Positions 27,068 to 35,674 of a stretch of DNA of 45,281 nucleotides are shown one piece after another; the stretch's first letter is position 1; the number at the start of each line of letters is the position of its first letter. This DNA is from a virus (lineage: Duplodnaviria; Caudoviricetes). Under the pieces are notes generated by a model. That model saw nothing but the letters and a program-made list of their open reading frames with translations, was not told where the DNA came from and made no database searches. Location: positions 1 to 45,281 of IMG/VR virus record IMGVR_UViG_3300017914_001375. One strand, given 5' to 3'. A program made the translations under genes and the position numbers.

Positions 27068-27143
27068 TGGTAGGACTGGATGGAGTTGAACCATCTACCT
27101 CCCGCTTATAAGACGGATGCTCTCACCGTTGAGCTACAGTCCC
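27068..27143 (-). tRNA. tRNA-Ile(UAU)
   Basis: GGGACTG..CAGTCCT-ACCA, anticodon arm TCCGT-CTTATAA-GCGGG. Confidence 0.9.
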
Positions 27144-27156
27144 TCTTACTTCTATT

Positions 27157-27233
27157 TGGTGGGCCCACTAGGACTTGAACCTAGAGTCTACCGATTATGA
27201 GTCGGGTGCATTAACCAATTATGCTATAAGCCC
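27157..27233 (-). tRNA. tRNA(CAU), probably Ile2 (lysidine type); elongator Met not excluded
   Basis: Loop CTCATAA. Paired G1-C72 and C4-G69, no initiator GGG/CCC anticodon stem. Confidence 0.8.
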
Positions 27234-27248
27234 TAATTTCTTCATACT

Positions 27249-27325
27249 TGGTGGGTCTTGCTAGATTCGAACTAGCGACCCCCTGCGTGTAAAGCAGGTG
27301 CTCTAACCAACTGAGCTAAAGACCC
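27249..27325 (-). tRNA. tRNA-Val(UAC)
   Basis: Loop TTTACAC, full cloverleaf plus CCA. Confidence 0.97.
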
Positions 27326-27329
27326 AATT

Positions 27330-27419
27330 TGGCGGAGAGTGAGGGATTCGAACCCTCGAACCAGTTGCCCGGTTAACACCTTAGCAGGGTGCCGCTTTCG
27401 ACCACTCAGCCAACTCTCC
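27330..27419 (-). tRNA. tRNA-Ser(GCU)
   Basis: Loop CTGCTAA, long variable arm. Confidence 0.96.
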
Positions 27420-27435
27420 GTTACTTTTATTTACT

Positions 27436-27530
27436 TGGAATAGGCCCCGTATCGACCGTTTTATGGTCTCAAACACACATCACGACTTTCGCCGCCTATT
27501 CATGCCCTATGACTATTACCCTCAGTAAAA
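27436..27530 (-). ncRNA. putative structured RNA ending in stem plus CCA
   Basis: AATAGGC/GCCTATT-CCA closing stem, GGC-GAAA-GTC and GACC/GGTC hairpins. No ORF; lies between tRNA-Pro and tRNA-Ser. Confidence 0.55.
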
Positions 27531-27607
27531 TGGTCGGAGATGCAGGATTCGAACCTGCGACCCCTCGCTCCCAAAGCGAGTGCACTACCAGGCTGTGCTA
27601 ATCTCCG
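27531..27607 (-). tRNA. tRNA-Pro(UGG)
   Basis: CGGAGAT acceptor, loop TTTGGGA. Confidence 0.97.
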
Positions 27608-27766
27608 TTATACTCGGACCGCCTTAATGCTGTCCAATCCAGTGCCAGTGTAACGACTTGCACCACCATGCTTCATGTAATACTGCTCACGAGCACTGTA
27701 CTCACTCATCGCCCTGACATACCCTTTACTAACACCGTTAACAAAAATTTCCCAAATAAAAATCAT
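27608..27766 (-). CDS. 52-aa hypothetical protein
   Basis: Not in the ORF track. [19 protein letters not shown]..., stop codon abuts the tRNA-Pro 5' end. Confidence 0.7.
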   Translation of the reverse strand: MIFIWEIFVNGVSKGYVRAMSEYSAREQYYMKHGGASRYTGTGLDSIKAVRV

Positions 27767-27782
27767 AACGTCTTCCTTGAAT

Positions 27783-27859
27783 TGGCCCGCCCGGCAGGAC
27801 TCGAACCTGCAACCCTCGGCTTAGAAGGCCGATGCTCTATCCAGTTGAGCTACGGGCGG
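27783..27859 (-). tRNA. tRNA-Arg(UCU)
   Basis: Loop CTTCTAA, full cloverleaf plus CCA. Confidence 0.97.
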
Positions 27860-27866
27860 ATAAACT

Positions 27867-28067
27867 TTAAAAAGGACAGTACTTCTTGTACAATTCCTGT
27901 GCTATATTATCGAACCCGGCGCTGCAACAGATATTACGTTGTCGTTGAATTTCTTCTGATTGTGCTTTCCCACGTTTCCACACACGATGATCATCACTGT
28001 AGTGATAGTACCAATCGTGTTGTTTTAGCAATGTTTCGAGCGTTGTAAGATCTGGATGAATTGACAT
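27867..28067 (-). CDS. hypothetical protein
   Basis: HDWYYHYSDDHRVW motif, AAGGA RBS. Confidence 0.75.
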   Translation of the reverse strand: MSIHPDLTTLETLLKQHDWYYHYSDDHRVWKRGKAQSEEIQRQRNICCSAGFDNIAQELYKKYCPF

Positions 28068-28102
28068 TCATGTATCCTTCTGCTTTGTTGAATAACTGTG
28101 CT

Positions 28103-28130
28103 ATTATAGCAAACTTTTGTGTGTTGTCAA
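28103..28130 (-). promoter_or_regulatory. sigma70 promoter of the main tRNA operon
   Basis: TTGACA-16-TATAAT with extended TG. Confidence 0.85.
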
Positions 28131-28143
28131 CCGGTTTTTTTGG

Positions 28144-29013
28144 TTAAAGTGGAAATATTTCTCGATTTGGAAAGTAGGAAAATCCCCAATTTGGGTCATT
28201 TTCTAATTCGGCTGGATCAGCAGTGTTGAAAATACGAGTCTCACAATCATTGATCCAATTCTGTGTTTCTTCGTTTATAATAAATCCTATATTGCTTAAA
28301 TAACCTGCATAATGATTTGGATACGGGTGATAGTCCTCAGCAATTTCGCCGCTGGGTTTTGACCATACATGGTGATTATTAGCATGATCTAAAAAACTAT
28401 ATAATGGCATGCCTGTTAATTTATTTTTTAAGTGTGAATAGAATTTATGCACATCATCCTTATATGTGTCAATTGATGTTTCGTCGAAGTTCTTCTGTGA
28501 CATTGGCCCTACTGATAACATTTGCATTCCAGTAAACTCATTACTTTCAATAATATTAGTAGCAATATCGATATAACCATAATTCTTGATAGCAAATCCT
28601 CTATCACAACTGGTTGTGGTTTCATCAAGTAATTGTTGCGAAATTAAATCAGAACCTGATTTCCAATTATAAGGTGTTTTGTGAACACTTGTTAAAGGCT
28701 GGTTATCGATAATGGCTTGATCCTGTTTGCCTCTATAACTATCATACGCACTTAATCTATGAAACGTGCTCCACATGATTATAACTAGGTCTTTTTTGCC
28801 CAGCTCATATTGATGCATAAGTTGATTTAACATCAACAAAATGTATTCGTTCCCACAACCTGGATTACCGTAGTTGAAGTGTTCTAAGTGATTGTTTTGC
28901 TTTGCAATAATGTCAGCCCAAGTAGGCCATATCCAATTTGTAAAACTACACCCTATGGTAAACAGTCTATTATATTTGCTAAAGTCTAATTTAGCGAATT
29001 CTGTTTGTAGCAT
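28144..29013 (-). CDS. SGNH-like hypothetical protein
   Basis: GCSFT...W, G.GN, WS...R and DYHP motifs. Confidence 0.65.
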   Translation of the reverse strand: MLQTEFAKLDFSKYNRLFTIGCSFTNWIWPTWADIIAKQNNHLEHFNYGNPGCGNEYILLMLNQLMHQYELGKKDLVIIMWSTFHRLSAYDSYRGKQDQAIIDNQPLTSVHKTPYNWKSGSDLISQQLLDETTTSCDRGFAIKNYGYIDIATNIIESNEFTGMQMLSVGPMSQKNFDETSIDTYKDDVHKFYSHLKNKLTGMPLYSFLDHANNHHVWSKPSGEIAEDYHPYPNHYAGYLSNIGFIINEETQNWINDCETRIFNTADPAELENDPNWGFSYFPNREIFPL

Positions 29014-29031
29014 AGTAAATATTTATGTGTT

Positions 29032-29541
29032 CTATTTTAGGAAAGCCGCCCAACTTGGATGTTTGATCACAAAATCCAGTTGCTTTCTTTTGCCGACAAG
29101 ATCAAAATATGTGGGCTGATATGGCTTATTTTTGGGCACAATGTCCAATCTATTGCCTTTACTGCTGTTACAAGGATTACACGCAGACACAATGTTAGTC
29201 CATTCTGTTTTACCACCTTTACTGATGGGTATAACATGGTCTATTGTGAGTTGTTGTTGAGAGAAGCGAGTGTAGCAGTATTGGCAGGTGAATAAATCTC
29301 GGAGATAAACGTTGTATTTGGAAAACCTAGGATTACTCCGCCGCCGGAACATTTCTTTCATCATAATCACAGCAGGCACCTTGGTTTCCCAATTAGCACT
29401 GTGTACTACCCAATCGTCATACCATTCTAGTACATTTACCTTGTCAAGCCAGAGATAGGTAATTGCTTCTTTCCACCGGACGGTTGAAGGAGGTAAAAGA
29501 GAAATAGGTTGTCCATCTGCGTTAAGTACTAACGTGTCCAT
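29032..29541 (-). CDS. HNH endonuclease
   Basis: RD..TCQYC, TIDHVIP.SKGG..W.N.V..C..CN..K. Confidence 0.92.
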   Translation of the reverse strand: MDTLVLNADGQPISLLPPSTVRWKEAITYLWLDKVNVLEWYDDWVVHSANWETKVPAVIMMKEMFRRRSNPRFSKYNVYLRDLFTCQYCYTRFSQQQLTIDHVIPISKGGKTEWTNIVSACNPCNSSKGNRLDIVPKNKPYQPTYFDLVGKRKQLDFVIKHPSWAAFLK

Positions 29542-29556
29542 TATTAGTATTTATTC

Positions 29557-29697
29557 TCAGTCGAGGTCTTTTTCTTCGCTCATGATATTAGAGAAGTCGA
29601 GATCCATTTTAATTAATTGATAAGTTAGGTGACCCACGTATCCTACAACAAGAGCCATGATAATAATCAGTGGCAAAAACATCAAAAACATTTCCAT
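29557..29697 (-). CDS. 46-aa membrane protein
   Basis: Not in the ORF track. GAAGGA RBS, hydrophobic N-terminal half. Confidence 0.65.
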   Translation of the reverse strand: MEMFLMFLPLIIIMALVVGYVGHLTYQLIKMDLDFSNIMSEEKDLD

Positions 29698-29713
29698 ACT
29701 ACTATCCTTCATT

Positions 29714-29789
29714 TGGTGCCGGCAGAGAGAATCGAACTCCCGACCTGATGCTTACAAGGCAACTGCTCTACCTGCTGAGCTATACCGGC
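29714..29789 (-). tRNA. tRNA-Thr(UGU)
   Basis: GCCGGTA acceptor, loop CTTGTAA. Confidence 0.96.
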
Positions 29790-29793
29790 AATC

Positions 29794-29869
29794 TGGCTCC
29801 GCGAGCAGGGCTCGAACCTGCGACCCACTGATTAACAGTCAGTTGCTCTACCAACTGAGCTATCGCGGA
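29794..29869 (-). tRNA. tRNA-Asn(GUU)
   Basis: TCCGCGA acceptor, loop CTGTTAA. Confidence 0.97.
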
Positions 29870-29877
29870 ATAAATTG

Positions 29878-29906
29878 TGGGCTCTCATTTTACCCTGGGA
29901 GAGCCT
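29878..29906 (-). other. GC-rich hairpin ending in CCA between tRNA-Leu and tRNA-Asn
   Basis: GGCTCTC-12 nt-GAGAGCC-CA. Confidence 0.45.
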
Positions 29907-29916
29907 GACCAGAATA

Positions 29917-30003
29917 TGGTGCCCGGGGCCGGACTTGAACCGGCACGCTGTTACCAGCGAGAGATTTTAAGTCTCTTGTGTCTACCAATTTCACCACCCG
30001 GGC
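29917..30003 (-). tRNA. tRNA-Leu(UAA)
   Basis: Loop CTTAAAA, long variable arm. Confidence 0.97.
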
Positions 30004-30017
30004 AAATTTGTCTGTCT

Positions 30018-30046
30018 ATATTACAGTCTAAGCAAACAGTTGTCAA
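30018..30046 (-). promoter_or_regulatory. sigma70-like promoter for Leu-Asn-Thr tRNAs
   Basis: TTGACA-17-TAATAT. Confidence 0.7.
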
Positions 30047-30049
30047 CCT

Positions 30050-30337
30050 TTATTTTTCAGGAAAACCAATATCTTCGCAAGTGTCAAACTCTTGTTGGTT
30101 GCCATATGTCTGTTTTGAATTACCTAAACTGTTTGGCAGTTCCGGAAAGTAACCAAACTTGTTTTGAATACAATCCTCAAAAGTTTGCCACAATGCTTCA
30201 AACTTTCTCTGATACACTCGAGAAATTGCTTCGATATCACTGTTATCGTAACCATTGCTTTTCAACAACATGTTAAGATCATCACAAACACTCCAGCAGT
30301 TCATGATGTCTTGCTCTAAATCAAATCTATCTGTCAT
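30050..30337 (-). CDS. hypothetical protein
   Basis: DRFDLEQDIMNCW motif, coupled to the upstream gene. Confidence 0.75.
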   Translation of the reverse strand: MTDRFDLEQDIMNCWSVCDDLNMLLKSNGYDNSDIEAISRVYQRKFEALWQTFEDCIQNKFGYFPELPNSLGNSKQTYGNQQEFDTCEDIGFPEK

Positions 30338-30798
30338 TGTAAATTTTTCTCCAAGTATTTTAAAAAATGCTCTTTAAGAGCAACTTCTTTTCCATAGGCT
30401 TCGCGTTCCCATGGGGAATCATAGTCTTCGTCCTGATTTTTTCGAGCGGCCCACCGCTTTCCTTTGAACTGATTTTTGTTTAGATCTAATCCATCTTTGA
30501 TAAATTGCTTAATATGGATTAACTCATGTGCAAGTGTGCTGAGCATATCTTCAAAACTTTCTTCGCGAGCAACAAAGATAGTTGCTGTCCACTTACCTCT
30601 GTTTTTAGAAGCATGTGCCCAGCCTCGGCACCCGTTATCAAATTTATTTATAGTGCGACCTAATAGCACTTCATAATGAACTGGCTCGTGTGCAATTCCT
30701 AACTTGCACGTCATCACTGCAATAGCACCACGTATTTTGTTTGCCACAGATTCACTGTAAGGCTTACCAAAATTTGGCCCTTGAACATCGATGTTCAT
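30334..30798 (-). CDS. putative HEXXH zinc metallopeptidase
   Basis: TLAHELIHIKQ...PWEREA. Confidence 0.72.
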   Translation of the reverse strand: MNIDVQGPNFGKPYSESVANKIRGAIAVMTCKLGIAHEPVHYEVLLGRTINKFDNGCRGWAHASKNRGKWTATIFVAREESFEDMLSTLAHELIHIKQFIKDGLDLNKNQFKGKRWAARKNQDEDYDSPWEREAYGKEVALKEHFLKYLEKNLQ

Positions 30799-30801
30799 GT
30801 T

Positions 30802-31341
30802 TTACCTCTCTAGGACGTTGAAGTGTTTGAATGTTTGCTGAACACAAACTGCTTGCCAAAATGCATCATCATCAGCACTGTGTGCATTTTGCTGTATTGC
30901 TTTACGTGGATCTGTAGGCATCATGTTAAAGATTGTCCTACAATCCTGTACTTGCCAAAAAGCCCAGTTTCTATGATGATCAAATTGCTTGAATAAATTT
31001 TCTAAGATCACCATATCAAACTGAGGACCTTGGCACCAAATTTTGTCAACACCTGTAAGCCACTTGTTTAAGTCGCCAGCAAAGTCTTTAACAGGAATTC
31101 TGCCTTCCTCTGTAAAGGTCATTTCTCTTACATGCTCTTCTTGTTTTGCCCACCATTCTAGTGTGCTCTCTAACACACTGCGGCCACTGTTGATTTGCTC
31201 ATCAGCACTAGGTCTCCACAGTGTTCTAGTGTGGGGTTCTTCTGAATTGAATGGGTCAAACTTTACAGCACCTACAGATAAAACTACGCAGTCTGGCTCA
31301 GTGCCCAAAGTTTCAATATCGATCATAGCATGTGTTGTCAT
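30802..31341 (-). CDS. DEDDh 3'-5' exonuclease (DexA/RNase AS-like)
   Basis: MIDIETL, FD..IL, D.RT and H.A.DDA motifs. Confidence 0.88.
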   Translation of the reverse strand: MTTHAMIDIETLGTEPDCVVLSVGAVKFDPFNSEEPHTRTLWRPSADEQINSGRSVLESTLEWWAKQEEHVREMTFTEEGRIPVKDFAGDLNKWLTGVDKIWCQGPQFDMVILENLFKQFDHHRNWAFWQVQDCRTIFNMMPTDPRKAIQQNAHSADDDAFWQAVCVQQTFKHFNVLER

Positions 31342-31347
31342 AGTGTT

Positions 31348-31375
31348 ATTATAACAAAATACTGTGAAATGTCAA
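31348..31375 (-). promoter_or_regulatory. sigma70 promoter (leaderless)
   Basis: TTGACA-16-TATAAT with extended TG, 6 nt before ATG 31341. Confidence 0.82.
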
Positions 31376-31403
31376 CTAAAAAAAATCTAATAAAAACAAC
31401 AAC

Positions 31404-31961
31404 TTACAGTCCCACATGTATTCTTGCTATGTCCGGTATTTCAATTTTGTGTTGTTTTGCTCTGATTAACCCATTAATTTCATTTTCGACCACATATTCT
31501 ACATAAGGATCGTTGAGTATGTCATCAGCAGTAAGAGAAACAACTGTGCTATGCCAAACTAAGTCGGGGTGTACCAAAGGATTGCACCTTTGTCCAAGCC
31601 ATGACATTATCCCTAATTCTCGCCAATGTACACAGGCTTGCCAGTCTAGCCCACAAACAAGTACATTAGGACTAGCAATAAGATGAGGAAATTGTTTGTA
31701 AACATCTCCCATTGTTGTTACTGATTGACAGTTTAGGTTGACGTTATTTTTGCTTCTGAGATTTTTTGCAATGTATGGATCAAGTTTGTAATGTTCGTTT
31801 TTGTAAGTGGCTAACGCAACATGATCAAAGTTTAATTGTGCAAGTTTGTCAATCATATGCTGATAAAAAATACCAGCTCGCTCACAAGTATCTGGGATAT
31901 TAAAACAAGATCTTTCCCAACAATCTATAATTACAACAAGATCAATTCTGTGCTCAAACAC
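31404..31961 (-). CDS. cysteine hydrolase/isochorismatase-like protein
   Basis: VVIIDCW and VCG....CV motifs. Confidence 0.5.
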   Translation of the reverse strand: MFEHRIDLVVIIDCWERSCFNIPDTCERAGIFYQHMIDKLAQLNFDHVALATYKNEHYKLDPYIAKNLRSKNNVNLNCQSVTTMGDVYKQFPHLIASPNVLVCGLDWQACVHWRELGIMSWLGQRCNPLVHPDLVWHSTVVSLTADDILNDPYVEYVVENEINGLIRAKQHKIEIPDIARIHVGL

Positions 31962-31962
31962 A

Positions 31963-32826
31963 TTATAACTCTAGTACAGTATCGTCTGGTAATTGATCCT
32001 TTTCTTCGTTAACTGCTTGTAACTGTCCAGCACCTTTTACATCTTCGCCCCACACCATTTTCTCAAATGGATTTTGAGTGCCTTCTTTTACATTCTCCCA
32101 CCAAGTAGTGTCTACGCCAATTTTGTTCAAATACCAAGCAATTTTGTGTGCAGTTGCAACTCTTGCTTGTTGCATATCCACATGAGCAAAATCTCTTGGA
32201 TCTTGGGGATTGCCCTCCATATACTTTCTATTCTGGAAAGTTTCATCATCATTGTTGCCAGTGATATCTGCTCTGTCATGAATAAACTCAACATCAATTC
32301 TTTCAAAGATATCCAACATGTATGCAATATGACTTAGCCATGCATCATTCTGTGCATTTTGACTTAGGTGTCCAATTAAAATATACCAATCTCTAGGCAC
32401 AATAGGAAGTATTGCATATGGATGACCATTGTGGTTATCTTTAGGTGCTAACAGTTTAAACTGCCCTGAATAAGAATTTATAACTTCGTCCCAACCCTCT
32501 GTTACCATTAATGCATCATCATTCCAAAAGAATATCCATTCACCTTGCCCGTTACCGGCAAGTGTGTTCACATAATTGTGTAAGTTTTCATATCCAATTG
32601 GCTTGAAAATATTTGCTCTTGCTTCAACTCCGTTTTCCTGTAAGTAAGGTGCAATATGATCTTTTATGTAGTCGGTGGTTGCTTGATCATCTTCGTCGAT
32701 GCCCAGCATAATTTCAATATCCTGAGGGTTTGATGCTCTGTCTATAAGCGATTCTAAACTTGCTTTTAATACCTCGGTTCTTCCTCTAGTGGGTAGAATC
32801 ACTGTGATCTTTTTTGTTGTTTCCAT
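31963..32826 (-). CDS. family 2-like glycosyltransferase
   Basis: VILPTRGR and FFWNDD motifs. Confidence 0.8.
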   Translation of the reverse strand: METTKKITVILPTRGRTEVLKASLESLIDRASNPQDIEIMLGIDEDDQATTDYIKDHIAPYLQENGVEARANIFKPIGYENLHNYVNTLAGNGQGEWIFFWNDDALMVTEGWDEVINSYSGQFKLLAPKDNHNGHPYAILPIVPRDWYILIGHLSQNAQNDAWLSHIAYMLDIFERIDVEFIHDRADITGNNDDETFQNRKYMEGNPQDPRDFAHVDMQQARVATAHKIAWYLNKIGVDTTWWENVKEGTQNPFEKMVWGEDVKGAGQLQAVNEEKDQLPDDTVLEL

Positions 32827-32828
32827 GA

Positions 32829-33758
32829 TTACCTCTTTTTGTTTTCGCCTGTGAATAGTTTTCTAATGTTGCCTCTGAATGTGTAGTGTCCAACGTGATT
32901 AAGTGCTGTGCGAGGATCTAAGAAAACATCTCCGCCCATGTCTTGCCAGCGTCTACAGAAGGTGTAGTCTTCGCTTAAATAACGTCTACTTTCTGGATCA
33001 ATAATACAATCAAACAGTGCATACATAAAAGGCTCAAACTTTTGATCAACATTGATATCGTTTACATATTTTGTTTCTGGATACTTGTCAAACATTTGCT
33101 GTACAACTTCTTTTTTAATACACATAAACCCAGTGCCTGCATCTTTGAGTTTAACCAAGTTGTCAACAATTTGTACTTGCGGAGTACGATTTCCTTCTGA
33201 ATCCTTAACAAAGTCAAAGTTCACTACATAGTTAGAACTGTGACCTTCGATCGTGTCTGGTGTTTCTGCTGGATCGTTTCGTGTTGCTTCCATAATGCTT
33301 TGCCAATTGATTGCTTTCTTTGGATAAGCACCTACCACAATTGGTTTGTCATATGCAACCATACGCAAGATATCTTCAGGATTAAATTCAATATCAGCAT
33401 CAATAAAAAACAAATGTGTTGCTTCTGAGTTTTCCATAAAGAAACTTGTGAGTGTGTTGCGACCACGTGTGATCAAACTTTCATTTGCTAAAGTACTGAT
33501 TGTGTATTTGATGTCATACTTGTTACACAAAATAGCAAATCTCATCATGCTTCTAAAATATGGTTCACCAATTTGTCCGCCGTAACAAGGTGTTGCAATA
33601 AAGATGTGTTTTTGTCTCAGTAAACCTAATGGGATTTCAATTTTAGAATCAAGTAATTGATGTAAAGTAGAATCATCATTTGCGTTTGCAGGTGCCGGTG
33701 ATGAAGCAGGAGTTTTGCTGATTGGATTACTCTTACGAGTTTTGCTTTTCTTAGCCAT
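32829..33758 (-). CDS. GT-A fold glycosyltransferase-like protein
   Basis: IATPCYGG, R.RN, LFFIDADI, GTGFM and SEDY.FC motifs. Confidence 0.8.
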   Translation of the reverse strand: MAKKSKTRKSNPISKTPASSPAPANANDDSTLHQLLDSKIEIPLGLLRQKHIFIATPCYGGQIGEPYFRSMMRFAILCNKYDIKYTISTLANESLITRGRNTLTSFFMENSEATHLFFIDADIEFNPEDILRMVAYDKPIVVGAYPKKAINWQSIMEATRNDPAETPDTIEGHSSNYVVNFDFVKDSEGNRTPQVQIVDNLVKLKDAGTGFMCIKKEVVQQMFDKYPETKYVNDINVDQKFEPFMYALFDCIIDPESRRYLSEDYTFCRRWQDMGGDVFLDPRTALNHVGHYTFRGNIRKLFTGENKKR

Positions 33759-33815
33759 TTATATTCCTTTGTGTAAAGTGTGTAGTGTTTTTATTTATTT
33801 TCAAGTATCACAAAC

Positions 33816-33891
<76 letters not shown>

Positions 33892-33950
33892 TTGTTTACT
33901 AATACTGTTATTTACTTGTGATTTTATGATGCGATACAGATAACTGGCTA

Positions 33951-34127
33951 TTACCTTGCATCTCTGTGGGAGGGCTTACTGCTGATGAATTCATTGAGCT
34001 TTTCTGCTTCTGCAACAATCTCTTCAGTTGAAGGCATTGCTTCAGCAGTCTTTGCTTTGGCTTGTAAAATAAGTCTTGCTTCTTGTAATAATTCAAGTCT
34101 TATTTCATATGGTGTTTTGTTTGACAT
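33951..34127 (-). CDS. 58-aa hypothetical protein
   Basis: MSNKTPYEIRLELLQEA..., AGGA RBS and TAAATA at 34158-34163. Better frame than the 33908..34096 ORF. Confidence 0.78.
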   Translation of the reverse strand: MSNKTPYEIRLELLQEARLILQAKAKTAEAMPSTEEIVAEAEKLNEFISSKPSHRDAR

Positions 34128-34201
34128 TAGATATGAATCCTATATTTCTTATGTATATATTTATCCTATACACAAATTTTTTTAATAACGTATTTTAATT
34201 G

Positions 34202-35011
34202 TTATTTGCCCTGTTGCTCGCCGCGGTCGTCCATGTTAGATATATGCTGGTAATAATAATTCATGCCATGATCTGCTACACCGTCAATAAACTTAAATTG
34301 TTTAAGAGCTGCCCAACGACCTCTCCAGCCATCTTTAAATCTTTGCCATGGTGTTGCTTTTCTAATATTACCGTATGTATTGATGTATCTTAGATGCCCG
34401 TCATGCTTATACCATAATCCCCCTATTGCTGGTGGCACACTTGGCACAACATCGTTGTTGTTTACATAACGGAAATAAGGGAAGTCAATAAGTTTTAAAA
34501 AGGCTGTGTTACCTACTCGTGGCTGCCCAAAGGTGTATAACCCTCCGGTTGGTTTGAGCTCCATAGCAACCAATACTGCCATGGCCCCACCTAAACTATG
34601 TCCACACACCCAAATTTTCTTAGTCCCTTTTTTGTTGTGTTTTGTTAATGCAGTTTTGATATCAGGAATAACTTTTTCGTATTCACCATAAAAGCCTTGA
34701 TGTACTTTTCCGCCTTGTGGGTGTGGCATTCTAAATGTGTTAAGGTCTGCTTTCACATCATTCAGTGCCGTTGGCTCTGTACCTCTACATGCAATTAATA
34801 CATCGTCTTTATCACTCATTACATAAGCCTGTGCTCCGTCAACATCAATGTATGTTGGGGGTAATGGTTTGTTTAAAAATTTCTTCAATGGGGATAAGTC
34901 ATCAATTCCTTCTTTTGCTTCAAAAAGATTTTCTGGCGATTGATAACATTGTGTTGCAAATAGACTAAGTATAGTTCCTTTGTCTTTCACAGATAAATCT
35001 GAAAGTGCCAT
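34202..35011 (-). CDS. class 3 lipase (alpha/beta hydrolase)
   Basis: RGT, VHQGF, GHSLGG, TFGQPRVG, DVVP and DH. Confidence 0.92.
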   Translation of the reverse strand: MALSDLSVKDKGTILSLFATQCYQSPENLFEAKEGIDDLSPLKKFLNKPLPPTYIDVDGAQAYVMSDKDDVLIACRGTEPTALNDVKADLNTFRMPHPQGGKVHQGFYGEYEKVIPDIKTALTKHNKKGTKKIWVCGHSLGGAMAVLVAMELKPTGGLYTFGQPRVGNTAFLKLIDFPYFRYVNNNDVVPSVPPAIGGLWYKHDGHLRYINTYGNIRKATPWQRFKDGWRGRWAALKQFKFIDGVADHGMNYYYQHISNMDDRGEQQGK

Positions 35012-35038
35012 GTGTTACTCCTATGGTTATATACATAT

Positions 35039-35674
35039 TTATCTATAGCGTAAGGTCAAACCAAGTTTACGTTCACAGTTCATAGCACCTGTTGCATGTA
35101 TCATTTTAGAGTCAAATTCTAATAAATTACCAGGTTTTAGTTTGTATGCTTTGCCGGATAATCCCTTCCAGTATTTTCTAGGAAAATAATACAAGTATTC
35201 GTTGTATAAGTCATCGTCGACATCTCCATCAATCATGTTCTCAACATCATAGTCACAAGGACGACCTTTGAGTTCTTTGTTGTATTCAAATGTAGCATTG
35301 GTGTTGAATACCCATGTGTTGCTCGGTAGCGGCCACCATTGATCAAAGATAACCAATGATGAATCTTGACCGTTGACTGTTTCGACTGGTATAACAAAAT
35401 TTTCATTTACACCATTACGGAAATCTGTGTGGGGTAGATATGGAGTCGAATGATTGTAAAAATTACTCACCTTAATGCGATCAACATCTACATCTGGTAC
35501 TTCGGCAAGTAAATTATACACCACTGGATCTAAATGTGGATTATTGATTTTTTTCATCACATCAGTATCGTAACTGTCAGCAGATTGAGAATAATAATAG
35601 TCTTTGAGTTGTTCTATTATATCTAGGCTGATTGCGTTTTCAAAATATTTTGTAGGTAGTAATGTCATAATCAA
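35039..35674 (-). CDS. 2OG-Fe(II) oxygenase-like protein
   Basis: PHTD...IP...G....FD...IHAT.....K. Confidence 0.62.
   Translation of the reverse strand: MIMTLLPTKYFENAISLDIIEQLKDYYYSQSADSYDTDVMKKINNPHLDPVVYNLLAEVPDVDVDRIKVSNFYNHSTPYLPHTDFRNGVNENFVIPVETVNGQDSSLVIFDQWWPLPSNTWVFNTNATFEYNKELKGRPCDYDVENMIDGDVDDDLYNEYLYYFPRKYWKGLSGKAYKLKPGNLLEFDSKMIHATGAMNCERKLGLTLRYR

Noticed and set aside
27436-27530. Hammerhead ribozyme (CTGA...GAAA)
   Set aside because: The CUGANGA core is incomplete and the three required helices cannot be drawn.
29032-29541. HNH as a mobile homing element
   Set aside because: It is free-standing with its own late promoter and interrupts no gene. It resembles the common LVLNA-type HNH family.
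27389-30276. Plus-strand ORFs across the tRNA arrays
   Set aside because: They are antisense to clear tRNAs and minus-strand genes.
33908-34096. 62-aa ORF in the track
   Set aside because: An overlapping frame (33951..34127) has an ATG, an RBS, a promoter and a more protein-like sequence.
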